The notes under the pieces are model-generated. The model did not search any database. It was not told where the DNA came from and saw only the letters and a list, made by a program, of their open reading frames with translations. The position numbers and the translations under genes were made by a program. Below are positions 43,246 to 56,952 of a DNA stretch of 64,000 bases, piece by piece. Each line of letters starts with the position of its first letter. Position 1 is the first letter of the stretch. Source of the DNA: Paramecium tetraurelia (taxonomy: Eukaryota); NCBI GenBank assembly GCA_000165425.1, contig CT867996.1:1-64000 (forward strand). Reading direction: 5' to 3'.

Positions 43246-44689
43246 TATAAAATTAATATATTTATTTAATTGAATTATTTTTGTAATCGCTAGTTAATCT
43301 TTGAGAATTACTGTGATATTGCAGAAGTTGACATTTTGAGAACAGAGAATTAGGATTAATAATATCAATTGAAAATATAAGAAATTAGAGCCTAAAGAAA
43401 TAATACTATCTAATCCATCATTGTGGTTTTCAAAAGTCATGAATTAAGCTTAAAAAATTTTATTGAAATTAATTCTTTCATTTCAAATAATTCATTATTA
43501 TTAATCATACAATTTTTCACCAATTTTTGTTTAGAGAATTTCTGTCTGAAATTTTGTTTAAATATATCTTCTTCTAATCCTGATTTTCACAAATTTACCT
43601 AAACCAGCTACTTTGTATCCTCAACCTCAAGATGTTTTCATAAAATTCTTGAAATAGTCTTCTAATTTTATGTTTTTCTTTAAGTCTTGCATAATTCATT
43701 TAATCTATCAGTAATCATACAAATAGATCTTTTTATATGTGTTATTTTTCAGCCAGAAAACAAAGGATAAAAAATGATTGATTCTGCTTTCTATTAATAA
43801 ATTAGTAAACTATGTTTTAGGAATTTAAAGGAACTATAGTGAAGAAGATTCCAGAGAACAATCGATTATAATCTAAACAATTATCATAATAAAAGGAATA
43901 TTTCAAATCTTTACACTTTGAATCTACTTTGAAATCGCATATGAAGAGATAAATTAGAATAAGACAATCTCTAGAGCCTCATGAGAAAAATAGCTACTAT
44001 AATACATTTTTAGCTAAAATGGATTTATTATCTTAGCTTTATACATCTAAATTATCAATAGAACAAGTTAGATTATTATTTTCCTTAATGGGATAAATAT
44101 TTACAATAATCAAAATAATTATACATAACCAGAACACAGTCATGATAAAGTATTTGATCCAAACTAAAATTTACCTCTGAGCTTAAAAGAACAGTTTTTT
44201 AGGGGCTTTTAACGGCTTTATTTAACGATCTGTATGTGTTGCGAAGGCTAGCTAACAAAAACAATCAATTATAATAAGATTGCTAATCATTATTCCATTA
44301 TTAGATCAAGTGTATTTTACTTTGATAAACAATTTCTTTAAATAGTTTCAATTAGTTTATTTCGGTACATTTCCTTATTATCTTGCGCTACAAAAGTTCT
44401 TATCGTTAAAAGCTTAAAGTTAATTTCATTAAGCATCTTAGATTTAATATTTGAGTTAATTATAATATCTATTAGGTGAAGAGACAACATTAGATTCTTA
44501 ATAACATTAATCCCAATTTTTGAAGAGCAATGATATATATCATCATTATAATATTCATAATTAAATAAATGCATAAATAATTGAATTCGATAAGCTTCAT
44601 TTCGGCTAATAGTGGATTTTCTGATTTGTAATCTTGTTCTATTATTAAAGGTAATAATTATTATATAGCCAAATCTATTGATTAACATC

Positions 44690-45726
44690 CAGAATTGATT
44701 TCATAACTTTTTGAAACAGAAAAGCTGCAGAAATCGAAGAATATTTTTTAGGATCCTGTAAATCTTAAAATTCTATAACATGATCCAGCAATAGGACCAA
44801 AATATGAAAAAAATAAAATAGTTTCAAGATCTATTGTCGGAAAACCTGAAATATTCAGAAAGAAATAACCTACTCAGAACATTCATTCAAATTAAGAGTT
44901 CCATATGCCTACGCAACAGATAAATATGCAAGAATCAATTAGTCTAGCCAAAAAGGAATCTCCATTACAAAGAAGATTAACACAATTAAAAGTTGTTTAA
45001 AGTCCTGTTAAAATTTCGAAATAAACAAAGTATGAGAAGGTAATTACAGGTTCTGAGTTAATCAGTAAAATTGCTCATCTGGAAAAAAGATTAATTTAAA
45101 ATAAACTCGATGAATAATAGCAATTTGATAACATGCCATTTTTTTAAAAATAAAATTTATATCGAGACCAAAGAGCCTTAGAAGATTTTGATAAATAAGA
45201 AAAAATTCATTCTGAACTGCTTCATTCCTTATCAGCTCGCATATCAAGAAACCCAAGTTGTTCTTTAATGATGGATTTATACAATTTTAGAAGAAAACAA
45301 GAATATTCAAATACAAATGATAAAATGAGGCAGTTATCAGAAAATAAAAATCAGGAAATTATGTACAAATTCTATAATAATTTAGAGAAATCCAAGAATA
45401 AAACTAGATACCCTTTTATATCTGTTCTGATAGGCAATAAATTATTAGAAAACCACACATTTTTGAAAAAGATGCAACTATTTCCAACATTTTAAAGCAC
45501 ATGAATGAGGAGAAAACCTATTAAAGTTTTACAACTAACAAAGTTTTAAAAGAAAAAGAATTAAAATATAAATTATTAGTAAAAGATAAAATTAATATAA
45601 ATATTGATGAATTGATGATAATTGGATAATCTAAATATGAGTAGGAAATCTCCATAAACCTAAACCATAAATATGTAATCAAAGATATAGAAAAATATCA
45701 AGGAAATGAGGAGGAAATATTATGAC
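44690..45726 (+). pseudogene. Disrupted hypothetical-protein remnant
   Basis: Coding-like stretches (KYEKNKIVSRSIVGKPEIFRKK; MMDLYNFRRKQEY...) with frame changes between them. Boundaries are approximate. Confidence 0.3.
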
Positions 45727-45773
45727 ATTAGAATATTTATTCTTTTATTAATATTATGAATTAATCATTTTTT

Positions 45774-48700
45774 TCATTCGTTTTATTGATCAAATCTGGT
45801 GCAACTTGTGATTTAATCTGGCTTATTTGCCCAAGGACTATTATTAATAAAAATATTTACATCGAATATATGATTACTTCATAAATTTATTATTCTTATT
45901 ATTCGTTCAAATATCTTAACTTTATATTGTAATTAAATCCAGCTACAAGTTATTCATGAACGCTAATTATGGATTCAAATTCAAATCCTTCCTTTTAAGG
46001 ATTAAATTTTGTGTTCACCTCATTAATTGCTTCTTCAATTACAATTTGGTTAGAATTACTAAATTTATTTTCATTTAGTAATTTCCATGATCCTGATGGT
46101 TATCTCTTTGATCCTCTTAATTAGTTGAATTATTATTTTGGTGTTTCTATTGTCTTTTAGAATTCGGAAGATGAACTTGAAGTACTTTATTAAGCAGGAG
46201 TGTTACCTTCTTAGGTAAATTCTCTACTAATTTAAGTTGCTTAACTATCTATTTTAGTTTAATTTCCAGCTCCTAATTCAACATTTTCAATGTTTGTTTG
46301 ATTAAAAACATTTGTGAAATTAGAATCTATTGATTAGTTTACAATTCCTTCTTAAATCTATTAGTCTAATTATTTTTCACTTTAAATATCATTGATTGTA
46401 ACATTGTAAATATTTTCACTAAAACTTGAGTTAGAAATTTGGTTTCTATTAGCATGAATTGTATTTGCTGAATTTGATTGTTAAGATTAATAAGTACTAA
46501 TATTTCCATCATTATATTTTGTGCTATTATTTGTATTATAGAAAGATTACTAGTTGAAAGTTTAATTTTATGTGGATTGGTTACCATCTTAATATCCACT
46601 CATTTATTCACTTTTGAAGACATTGCTTTGAGTTGAATATTATATTTGTGAATATTCTCCATTCTATTTTGATTAATATGATTCACTTTCGTTGATTGAG
46701 GATGAAACTAAATTTGAACTATTTGTGTTAATATTTCCATTTGAAACATATTAGTTTTAGGTAGATTGTGATTAATAATTAGTTTGATCTCGTAATTTAC
46801 TGCTACTTGATGAATTAATATTTCTATCAATTTCTCCATTTATTTATTAGGTATTACTGGAGGAATTGAAATTTTGAATTGTTGAAGACGAACTACCAGA
46901 TTCTGTGCTTTAATATATTTGCTCTTACTATTAATATCTTTCTGATGAAGTTTTGTTTAATTGTGCTTGTCCTTAGCCATTCTGATAACTAACTTCTCCT
47001 TTTCCCCTATTTAAATTATTTTGAATTGTGTAATTATCATTGTATTAAAGACCATTTTAAGATAAATTTTTCGGTTTAATACTAGTATTTAGCGGATATT
47101 GCCAGATGAAACTTTAAATCAATGTGCCATAAAATACAGCATTATTATATCCTTAAGAATAAGAACTACCCGTGTAAGGCTTGTAAACAACTATGCTGAA
47201 TTGCAAAGTAGCATTTCTAAAAACTGTATTTCCATGTGAGTCATATATTTTATTCAATGTAATTAATTCATTATCATTATAATAGTAATATGTAGAATTA
47301 TTACCTGACTTTGGCTTATATAAATCCGTTTAATTAAATATAACTATCTATTAATATGACTACATAGATTAGTTATAAAACATAACAGTCTAAGTGGAAT
47401 TATTTTATTAGGATTGAACTTCTTGATTTCTCAACTTTAAGCTAATTTTAGATTTTTAAAGTTTTGATCGAGTTGATAATGAAATGCTAGACGAATTTGT
47501 TGTATTTGAGGTATTGCTAGAATTAGTATATGTATAATAATTGGTATTTGTATTGTATTATGGATATGAGTAATTGTATTATGATGGGTAACTTCCATTT
47601 GTAAAGTTAGTGTTATTAGTGGTATTTGAGGTATTACTAGAATTACTATATGTATAATAATTGGTATTTGTATTGTATTATGGATATGAGTAATTGTATT
47701 ATGATGGGTAACTTCCATTTGTAAAGTTCGTGTTATTAGTGGTATTTGAGGTATTACTAGAATTACTATATGTATAATAATTGGTATTTGTATTTTATTA
47801 TGGATATGAGTAATTGTATTATGATGGGTAACTTCCATTTGTAAAGTTCGTGTTATTAGTGGTATTTGAGGTATTACTAGAATTACTATATGTATAATAA
47901 TTGGTATTTGTATTGTATTATGGATATGAGTAATTGTATTATGATGGGTAACTTCCATTTGTAAAGTTCGTGTTATTAGTGGTATTTGAGGTATTACTAG
48001 AATTACTATATGTATAATAATTGGTATTAGTATTTTATTATGGATATGAGTAATTGTATTATGATGGGTAACTTCCATTTGTAAAGTTCGTGTTATTAGT
48101 GGTATTTGAGGTATTACTAGAATTACTATATGTATAATAATTGGCATTAGTATTTTATTATGGATATGAGTAATTGTATTATGATGGGTAACTTCCATTT
48201 GTAAAGGTCGGGTTATTAGTGGTATTTGAGGTATTACTAGAATTACTATATGTATAATAATTGGTATTTGTATTTTATTATGGATATGAGTAATTGTATT
48301 ATGATGGGTAACTTCCATTTGTAAAGTTCGTGTTATTAGTGGTATTTGAGGTATTACTAGAATTACTATATGTATAATAATTGGTATTAGTATTTTATTA
48401 TGGATATGAGTAATTGTATTATGATGGGTAACTTCCATTTGTAAAGTTCGTGTTATTAGTGGTATTTGAGGTATTACTAGAATTACTATATGTATAATAA
48501 TTGGTATTTGTATTGTATTATGGATATGAGTAATTGTATTATGATGGGTAACTTCCATTTGTAAAGTTCGTGTTATTAGTGGTATTTGAGGTATTACTAG
48601 AATTACTATATGTATAATAATTGGTATTTGTATTGTATTATGGATATGAGTAATTGTATTATGATGGGTAACTTCCATTTGTAAAGTTCGTGTTATTAGT

Positions 48701-49859
48701 GGTATTTGAGGTATTACTAGAATTACTATATGTATAATAATTGGTATTAGTATTTTATTATGGATATGAGTAATTGTATTATGATGGGTAACTTCCATTT
48801 GTAAAGTTCGTGTTATTAGTGGTATTTGAGGTATTACTAGAATTACTATATGTATAATAATTGGTATTAGTATTTTATTATGGATATGAGTAATTGTATT
48901 ATGATGGGTAACNNNNNNNNNNNNNNNNNNNNNNNNNNNNNNNNNNNNNNNNNNNNNNNNNNNNNNNNNNNNNNNNNNNNNNNNNNNNNNNNNNNNNNNN
49001 NNNNNNNNNNNNNNNNNNNNNNNNNNNNNNNNNNNNNNNNNNNNNNNNNNNNNNNNNNNNNNNNNNNNNNNNNNNNNNNNNNNNNNNNNNNNNNNNNNNN
49101 NNNNNNNNNNNNNNNNNNNNNNNNNNNNNNNNNNNNNNNNNNNNNNNNNNNNNNNNNNNNNNNNNNNNNNNNNNNNNNNNNNNNNNNNNNNNNNNNNNNN
49201 NNNNNNNNNNNNNNNNNNNNNNNNNNNNNNNNNNNNNNNNNNNNNNNNNNNNNNNNNNNNNNNNNNNNNNNNNNNNNNNNNNNNNNNNNNNNNNNNNNNN
49301 NNNNNNNNNNNNNNNNNNNNNNNNNNNNNNNNNNNNNNNNNNNNNNNNNNNNNNNNNNNNNNNNNNNNNNNNNNNNNNNNNNNNNNNNNNNNNNNNNNNN
49401 NNNNNNNNNNNNNNNNNNNNNNNNNNNNNNNNNNNNNNNNNNNNNNNNNNNNNNNNNNNNNNNNNNNNNNNNNNNNNNNNNNNNNNNNNNNNNNNNNNNN
49501 NNNNNNNNNNNNNNNNNNNNNNNNNNNNNNNNNNNNNNNNNNNNNNNNNNNNNNNNNNNNNNNNNNNNNNNNNNNNNNNNNTCTTCATATGTGTAATTAT
49601 ATTAAGTTTTATTCACCGTTGTAAAGAATATGGATTTAATTGCGGAATCATCTATTTTAAACATAAAAGTACTTATTTTTTCACTACTTGCAATTTCTGC
49701 TTTTGGTAGGCTAGATGTCTATTCAAGGTGAAGAATATGATTTATTTCTTCTCTAACTTAGATGTTATTCTTTGCTTTATTAAGTAATTATTCAACTGAA
49801 TCTTGTCTTGCCGTAACGCTGAGTACTAACAAAATAGCAAACATTGATAAAGTTTTCAT
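45774..49859 (-). CDS. Large secreted Asn/Thr/Ser/Tyr-rich repeat glycoprotein with a C-terminal cystatin-like domain (spans a gap)
   Basis: Signal-peptide-like start MKTLSMFAILLVLSVTA, then the gap, then 40-aa repeats and a long N/S/Q-rich region. It ends SGSW...HEQLVAGFNYNIKL...YS(intron 45838-45860)IPWANKPDQITSC. Continuity across the gap is inferred. Confidence 0.8.
47502..48912. repeat. 120-bp tandem repeat, about 11.8 visible copies, continuing into the gap; coding on the minus strand
   Basis: The sequence recurs every 120 nt with few substitutions. The unit encodes GSYPSQYNYSYPQ(Q/Y)NTNTNYYTYSNSSNTSNTTNNTNFTN. Confidence 0.98.
48913..49581. other. Assembly gap (N run) within the repeat gene
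   Basis: Run of N directly following the tandem array. Confidence 1.
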
Positions 49860-52800
49860 TAAAAATAATATTAATAATTTTGGATTTGATTTTCAGATTT
49901 TTAGATGGAGCAAATCTTATTTATTTAATTAATTTTTTTATTTCTTAATTTATTTAATAATTATGTTTAAAATTTGTTCTTCACAACAACCATAAATTTT
50001 GAGAAAACCTTTGTTGATGATATGAGCCCATTTAAGATTAAAAATATTGGAATTGTCTATTTTACAAGTATACATTAACTTTCTTACTATTTATACTCAT
50101 TCAATACTGAATCATTCAAAACCAAATTCGACTGAAATTTATCAAAATTGATTTATGAACATTATTTTTATTCATGTATTTATCCTTTCAATGCTATATG
50201 AAACTGTAAATTTTTATAATTATCTTTCATTCTGGAAATTTTTAATTTAATGTATTTAATTTAGGAGAAATGCTCCCACTAATTATTTGCTATTGTAGAT
50301 GAATAAATCGTTTTAAATAGTTCATTAAAGGAAACTGTCTTGGAATTACAAAAAAATATAAATTATATCAAAAGTAGCAAAATGGTATGAAAAGTTAGAT
50401 ATATGTCATTTTTCCATCACGAGATTTAGCGTATATTTATTAAATCACCAAAATATTTTAAATTTCTTTTTCACAAGATTACATTCATACTTATAAGTAT
50501 TTTTAGAACTCTATATTTGTTAAGTGCTGAGAAATAGTATTGTTTTTCTATTTATTTTTGTATGCTACAGTTTAAAAGAGAAAATTAATTGTTAAAGTAA
50601 AATAATGCGATAAATTCCCTAAGATATTTTTAAACATATTCTAATTAATTAATAGCAATATCAAGACTAAAAATAAGAAAACTCATAAACTACACTCCAT
50701 GAATTTATTAAATCCAATTACAGTTTGGTTAAATTTTATAGGAATAATAATCAATCAAAAAATTAATTATTTACATGATTTCTCCTCCATACATTGTTGA
50801 TAAATTTAAAATAGAAATAATTTGAAAAATAATATTGTTGAAATTCATCAACCTATTTTTTAATGCAATTATTAAAGCTAATAGATATTCCTAATTTATA
50901 AAATTTACTTATTTAAACATTTTTGTTTACTTATATATGCTTATTTATATCAGATGGTAGATGTTTATTTTTTATATTAGAAAACTAGTTTTAATTCATA
51001 AATATATTTCTTTGAGCGCAATTTATCCTAAGCCTAAGAATTCATATATTATTTGATCCAGTTAAAATGTTCATCATCAAGTGAGAATAAAAAATGAATT
51101 TATCTGTTGTGCTGGATGCTAAATTATTATTTAATGAAGTATTTAAATTACCTTCTTAAATTAATGCAAGTCAATTTCTACTTCATTGAAATATGATTAT
51201 ACCTTTAAGAATTCAAACTATAAACTCAATCTTAGCATTTTCCTTAGTAGCTAATTTTTATAATCTATGAACAGATAGAGTGAGCTCCATCATGATGAAG
51301 AGTGTATTTCAGGCCTATTTCTTGAATTAGCCTTGATTTCTAATGATGGTACCATAATTTAAACACTTCCTAAAACACAATGAAATTTTCAAATCTGACA
51401 TAATTAACTCGAAAAGCAAAACTGACGAATATTCAGTTAAAAATTAGAGATGCTAATGCTGTAATGAGGTTAAATTCAAAAAATATTACAACCTAAAAGA
51501 TCAAACTCTGTTATCACTATAGAATATTTGTTTCAAGAAATTACAAATACATTACACCGAAACAAATTTTAAGATGTTAAAATAGGGCAGTTGTTTGAAA
51601 ATGCAATTACAAAACTGTTATCCGAAACCTTACTTTCGGTTAGATGTAGGTTGGGGTTATGACTAATCCAAATAAAGTATGGATGATTAACGTCACAAAA
51701 CAACTACGATTATAGAATACAAAGCTTAAAATATTTCATAAACAGCAACCTTATTATGAATTAACCAAAAAATATTATGGTAAAATAAGTGTTCAATTCT
51801 CATTAAAAAATTTGCATGAAATTAATATGTTATGAATTGTTTAGAAAGAAGAATTTTAAGTTAGATAATTTTCATTTTAGAAATTATTTTGGTTATCTCA
51901 ATAGTTAATAACTCACAACAAATCTGTTTCAAGGTCTAAATTACAGCGTTTGGTCAATTTTTAAATCAGGAAATTATTTGTGGCTGCTCCTTTTGTAATC
52001 ATTGAGGAATGAAATTAGCATGATTTCTGCAAATTCAAGCAAAATCTAAAATTATATATTATGAACTTTAAGTGCAATTTAGAGCAGAGCATGATATTAT
52101 TTTTTAGACGAGATCCTTTGGACCAAATTATTTTAGTCCTTAACTAAAAAAGGATCAAACAAAATCGAGATGCAAACATAAAAACATACCATAATTGGAA
52201 TTTTAGTGCATTAGGAAAAATGGTGTTATCATATTGAATAAAACAATTAATGGTCAAATTTATGAAATCCATTTAATAGAATTACTTAAATTGATTTTTA
52301 TAAGTTATGAAAAATGAAATATACTTATCATCTTGGAATGAACTTAGGTGCATAAGAACCGATTGTAAAATAATACTGAATGAAACAAATCGGCTGCAAT
52401 ATTCCAAATTATTAAATTCTTAAAACCCTTCTTTCCTTTCAAGCAGTGCACAATTGGGGATGAGAGGGTGTATTTTCTATAATAGTAGTCTTTCTCAAAA
52501 ATGCTTCCTAATTTCTTATGCTAATTTGAGATATGCTAGTTTACGCAAAAGCAAATTACTTTTATTCTTTGATTGACATAAAAAAATTATAATTACTTTA
52601 AAGAATACCTGATCCAAATGCTTCTTTATGAAAATTTCCATGTCTTTTAAATTCCGTTTTCTAATACCGAGAATAGTCATTTTATTATTCTCATCAGAAA
52701 TTTTAGAAAGTTTTTCATTCTAAAAAATTATCATCAAAAAAATGCTAATTTTCTCAACTTATGACATCTTTCAGAAACAAATTTTTAGAACAATTTGCTC

Positions 52801-52971
52801 AAGAATATTATGAAATTTAGAATTATTGTCAAAATCTATAAAGTAGAAAAAATAGTTATTATTTATAACTCTTCAAGCATAAATGCCTATTAGAATCTGG
52901 AAATTTACAAGAATTGAAAAATCTATATTAATTAGTAAGTAAATGAGCTCCATAGATATTTATAAAATATC

Positions 52972-54516
52972 ATGTATTAAAATAAGCACTATGAAATTTT
53001 TAAATTACCTCACCTCTAAGAATACTAATCTAACATTACTTTTATTCCTAAATGTCCAGAATATATTAATTCATAGAAATCTTAATTATAAGTTGGATTA
53101 GAGCTTCCTAATTTTACTATGATGCCTAAAAAATAAAAATAGCTGATGAGGAAAAAGACTCCTCCTAAGAAGTACATAGATGAATTCCCAGCCTATTATT
53201 TAGACTTATTACCACTACCTCCATTTCTTTAAGAGAAAGAATAACTAAATTATTTGATTTTGCAAGAAAAAGGCGTGAGACCTAAAAAAATAGAAATAAA
53301 TTAATTACCTTCATTAAGGCAACTTAAAGAAACACCAAAATCAAAGATATCTTCCAAAACAACTTCTAAGCCTAAAAGCAAGCCTATTATCAAATCTTTA
53401 GACTTATAAGCTTTAGGATAAAATTAGTAACAAAAGGAATCAGAACAATAAATTAATAAATAAAGAGTTTAAACCGAGTTGAAAAAGAATTAACAGAAAA
53501 AACCATCATCTTCATAATTAAAAAGATTGATTAAAATAGTGTATCAATTAAAAATTTGGTTATCTTTTTATAAATTGCTTATTGAAACGTTAACTGCTAA
53601 ATCTGAAGTAATTTTAAAGCAATAAAGAGAGGAATTTACTTAAAATCTTACAGGAGCGTTAAGATAATTATCAGATTGGACTGATGCAGGTTTAGATGAC
53701 TTACTACTTGAAATCATCAATTTAAAAGATCCTTTATATATTAAAGTAGGAGAAGAAAAACAAAACCAATAGAAAAAAAAGAATATCGAAAATCTATTAG
53801 TCCTATGCATGAAAAAACTACAATCGATAAACATGGGTGAATTTTTCACAAAATAGCTTGCTTTAATTTTGAATAACTTAATTTAACCTTACTAGTTTCC
53901 TCCTGTATAATATTACTTTAAATTTGAAATTGTCAGATTAAAAACTACTGCTTCTGGGAGTCTTGGGTAAATAGAAAAGAATCAATAAAGAATGATACTA
54001 ATGCTATTCTTAATTATAAGATAGATATTATTTGCCTAGATCTTAAGAGCTTGGTAATTTCATCCTAATTAAACAGATAATGATAAATAATTGATTTTAA
54101 TTTAAGCAAACTCAATAATTCTTGTTTCAGTCGTACATGAAATCATTATTAAATGGATAGAAAGAAATGTACCAAAGAAACGAGGTCTTGATTTAGAATT
54201 GTTGCATCAATAATTTTAATTTCTTGAAAAGCCATTAACATAGGATAAGGAGAAGATGGAAAAATAAGGAAAAATCTATTAAGATAATGAATTAATAGAA
54301 GGAATATTAGGAAGCAATTAAATTATGAAGTACTTGTAAAATAGTAAAGGAGAATTTGAAAAGTGGGTGATATAGTTCGAGTAGGATATTATAGACTTTT
54401 GCGATAAGATTTATGATCATCTAAAAAAAGAATTTGTGGATCAACCTAGGCAAAGAGATCGAATATGCAAAATGATGTCAATCCATTATTTAGCATCATT
54501 AATTAGAAAATATTGA
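52972..54516 (+). CDS. Hypothetical protein, about 514 aa (start uncertain)
   Basis: Long TGA-free frame in the ciliate code (PPKKYIDEFPAYYLDLLPLPP...LKDPLYIKVG...SIHYLASLIRKY), ending at TGA 54514-54516. Confidence 0.7.
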
Positions 54517-54526
54517 TAATATATAA

Positions 54527-55218
54527 TCACATACTTTTAGATAAATCAGTTGCGCAAGATTTTCTTTTGCTAGACATATATTTTTAAACACTTTTCTTTC
54601 TTTGGACAATTTGCTAACTTAATCGTTTATTAACTAAATAATCAAAAGAAGAATTGACAGTTTTCTAAGGAGTAATATTAGTGTGAAATCGTTTGTCTTT
54701 GAGTTTGTTTTATTTTTCTATAGTTTTGGTATTGCTAATTTTGGTTGACTGTTGAGTACATATTTCAATTTGTTTGTAATAATTTAGTTATTCCTTCAAG
54801 AGCTTAACTTTTTAATACAGTTCCTCATTCTCTTTTTTTAGTTTCTAAGAACTAGATATCGCATGAATAGTACATTTAAAGTTTTTTTTGTATTCTGCAA
54901 TAATTCATCTCTGTCTTACTCTAACTATTTGATTTAATTTTTCATTTCATCGTACTTTTAATTCATGAGGTAAGATTCCTGATGTGATATATAAGTAAAT
55001 TTTACTCTGATATGCACTCTGACTTCAGATTCGTATTTCTACAATTGTTTTTCTAATTCCTTATAATCCTTTTTAATTTTGTTATGTTAAATATGTTCGA
55101 TGATTATGGTAAGTTGTTGAATTAAATTTTGCGATTTGACAAAGTTTTAAAAGGATTCTATATCACTGTGATCTGCTACTAGATGGTATATTTTAATTAA
55201 CAATTAAGACACTGACAT
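54527..55218 (-). CDS. Hypothetical coiled-coil protein, about 211-220 aa
   Basis: MSVSQLLIK...ELEKQLQKYESEVRVHIR. Intron 54845-54873 is needed for frame; 54979-55005 is a probable in-frame intron. Confidence 0.75.
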
Positions 55219-55245
55219 ATTTATATTAATATATAGTAAATGCAA

Positions 55246-56862
55246 TCATTTCAATCTGGATTTGAGTTTGGCTTAATAATCAAGGTTGTCCTTCTGCACT
55301 TTTTCAAGTTGTTATGACTTTTCTAGAACTTTCATTCTTAATCTTTCTATTTCCTTATCCTATAATTCACATTTGCTTTATAATTCGTTTATAGTAATAT
55401 TGTTGATTTTGACTTCCTCCGCAAATTTCTAATATTGTTTATGTTAGAGAGCTAAGTGTCTATAATTGTCAGCTTATCTTGATAAATCATTGATCAAACT
55501 TTCATTTTGCTACTTCAGCAAGTTGATTTCCTATTCTTTGATTTGAATGACTTCTTGAATCTTCTCATCTTCTCTCTCTTAACAATTAGAATTGTTATTC
55601 ATCATCATTTCAACAGTTTGTAATTCTTAATCCTTTTAAGCAATAACATTATTTAATCTATTACATTCCCCTTCTAACATATTAGTCTTGCATTCTAAAT
55701 CTCTGAAGTGGTATTGATAGAATTGTTTCAATTCATTCAATTATTTATCCAAATTCTGATTGTCACTTTTGAATTAATGATTCTACTCCTTCTATTAAAG
55801 TAATTCCTATTATAAAAATTGAATCAGCTTAGCTTTTGATTCTTGAATCTCCTTCAATTCCATTTCCTTATTTTTCTACTCATATTCTAGATTGATTTGC
55901 AATCTCTTAATCAATTCCTGATCTCTTTATTATTAAGTCTGAAGTAAACATATTTATTCAGATTATTTCCCAGTTAATTAAATCAAATCATCAACTCTTT
56001 ATTACAATTAGGTTTTATGTTCTTAGTAAGTACAACTCACATGCTTAAAATCACTTTCCAATTCTTTGACTCTAATGCTTAGACTTGAAGCTTGCATAGT
56101 TTTGTTATCAGCCAATTCCTTCAATTTTTTGACAGTTGATAGCAAATCAAGATTCTAATCTTTTTGGATCTGAAGCTTAGATTTCAGTTCATTTAGATAT
56201 TATTCCTAAGAATTTATAATTGTCTATTATTTCATCAAAGTAAATTCTTAGTCTTTTGATTGGAGGTCAAATTAGGAAATAGCCTATTCCAACTTTTCTT
56301 CTAGGGCATTATTAATCTACTTCACTTGAATCACCTCATCTTCCTATTAAATTACATAGAACTATTACCAAAACTTAGACTAAATTCTAATTGTTATTTT
56401 CAACGCTAGAAATTTTGGACAGGCATTATTACAACTTTGCTATTTCCTATTTGTATTACATTGTTTCTTATCTTAAACTTTATCTGTGGTTAATCTCCTA
56501 TTGTTCCAATTGAAACTTTAAGGTGGCCACATCTTATTTCCAATTTATATCTAATTGTCTTAAGGCATCTGAATGTGTCTTCTCTAGAGCTTCATTTTTA
56601 TGTTAGAGTAACTCTAATTGATTCTAAGAGATATTTATCGAATTGATACTTTTAGATCTTGATTCTCAGCAAGAACCTTTTGATTTTCCATAGTCATTGA
56701 AATTGAAGGCTATTATTTAAGGCGATCTTTCAATTTTTGATTCTCTCCTTACAATCTGTCTATTTCTTTGAGGAATGTCTCGATTTCTGAAATTGACTTG
56801 CATGATTTCTCAGGGTTTCTCTCTACTGAATTATAAGATTATAGTGGTTATCTAATGTTCAT
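55246..56862 (-). CDS. Long coiled-coil protein, about 521 aa
   Basis: Introns 56624-56649 and 56344-56368 give 1566 nt in frame. Heptad-like Q/E/K/L composition throughout. Confidence 0.8.
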
Positions 56863-56952
56863 TTTGTTAACGGATAAAATTAATTAATATTAAATTAAAA
56901 ATTTTATTCACATATATATACAAATTAAAGGTGGGGGGTGACCAATGCTCTA

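Noticed and set aside
47437..48798. 453-aa ORF-track protein (MEVTHHNTITHIH... repeats)
   Set aside because: This is an alternative frame of the 120-bp array. The N/T/Y/S-rich frame is the one that continues into the downstream region and the cystatin domain under the ciliate code.
47502..48912. Possible CRISPR array or non-coding satellite
   Set aside because: There are no unique spacers, the unit length is a multiple of three, and it lies in frame within a eukaryotic gene.
48880..49596. ORF-track entries made of X residues
   Set aside because: Artefacts of the N gap.
51060..51780. Scattered Cys-containing coding-like fragments
   Set aside because: Multiple stops and no continuous frame, so no family can be assigned.
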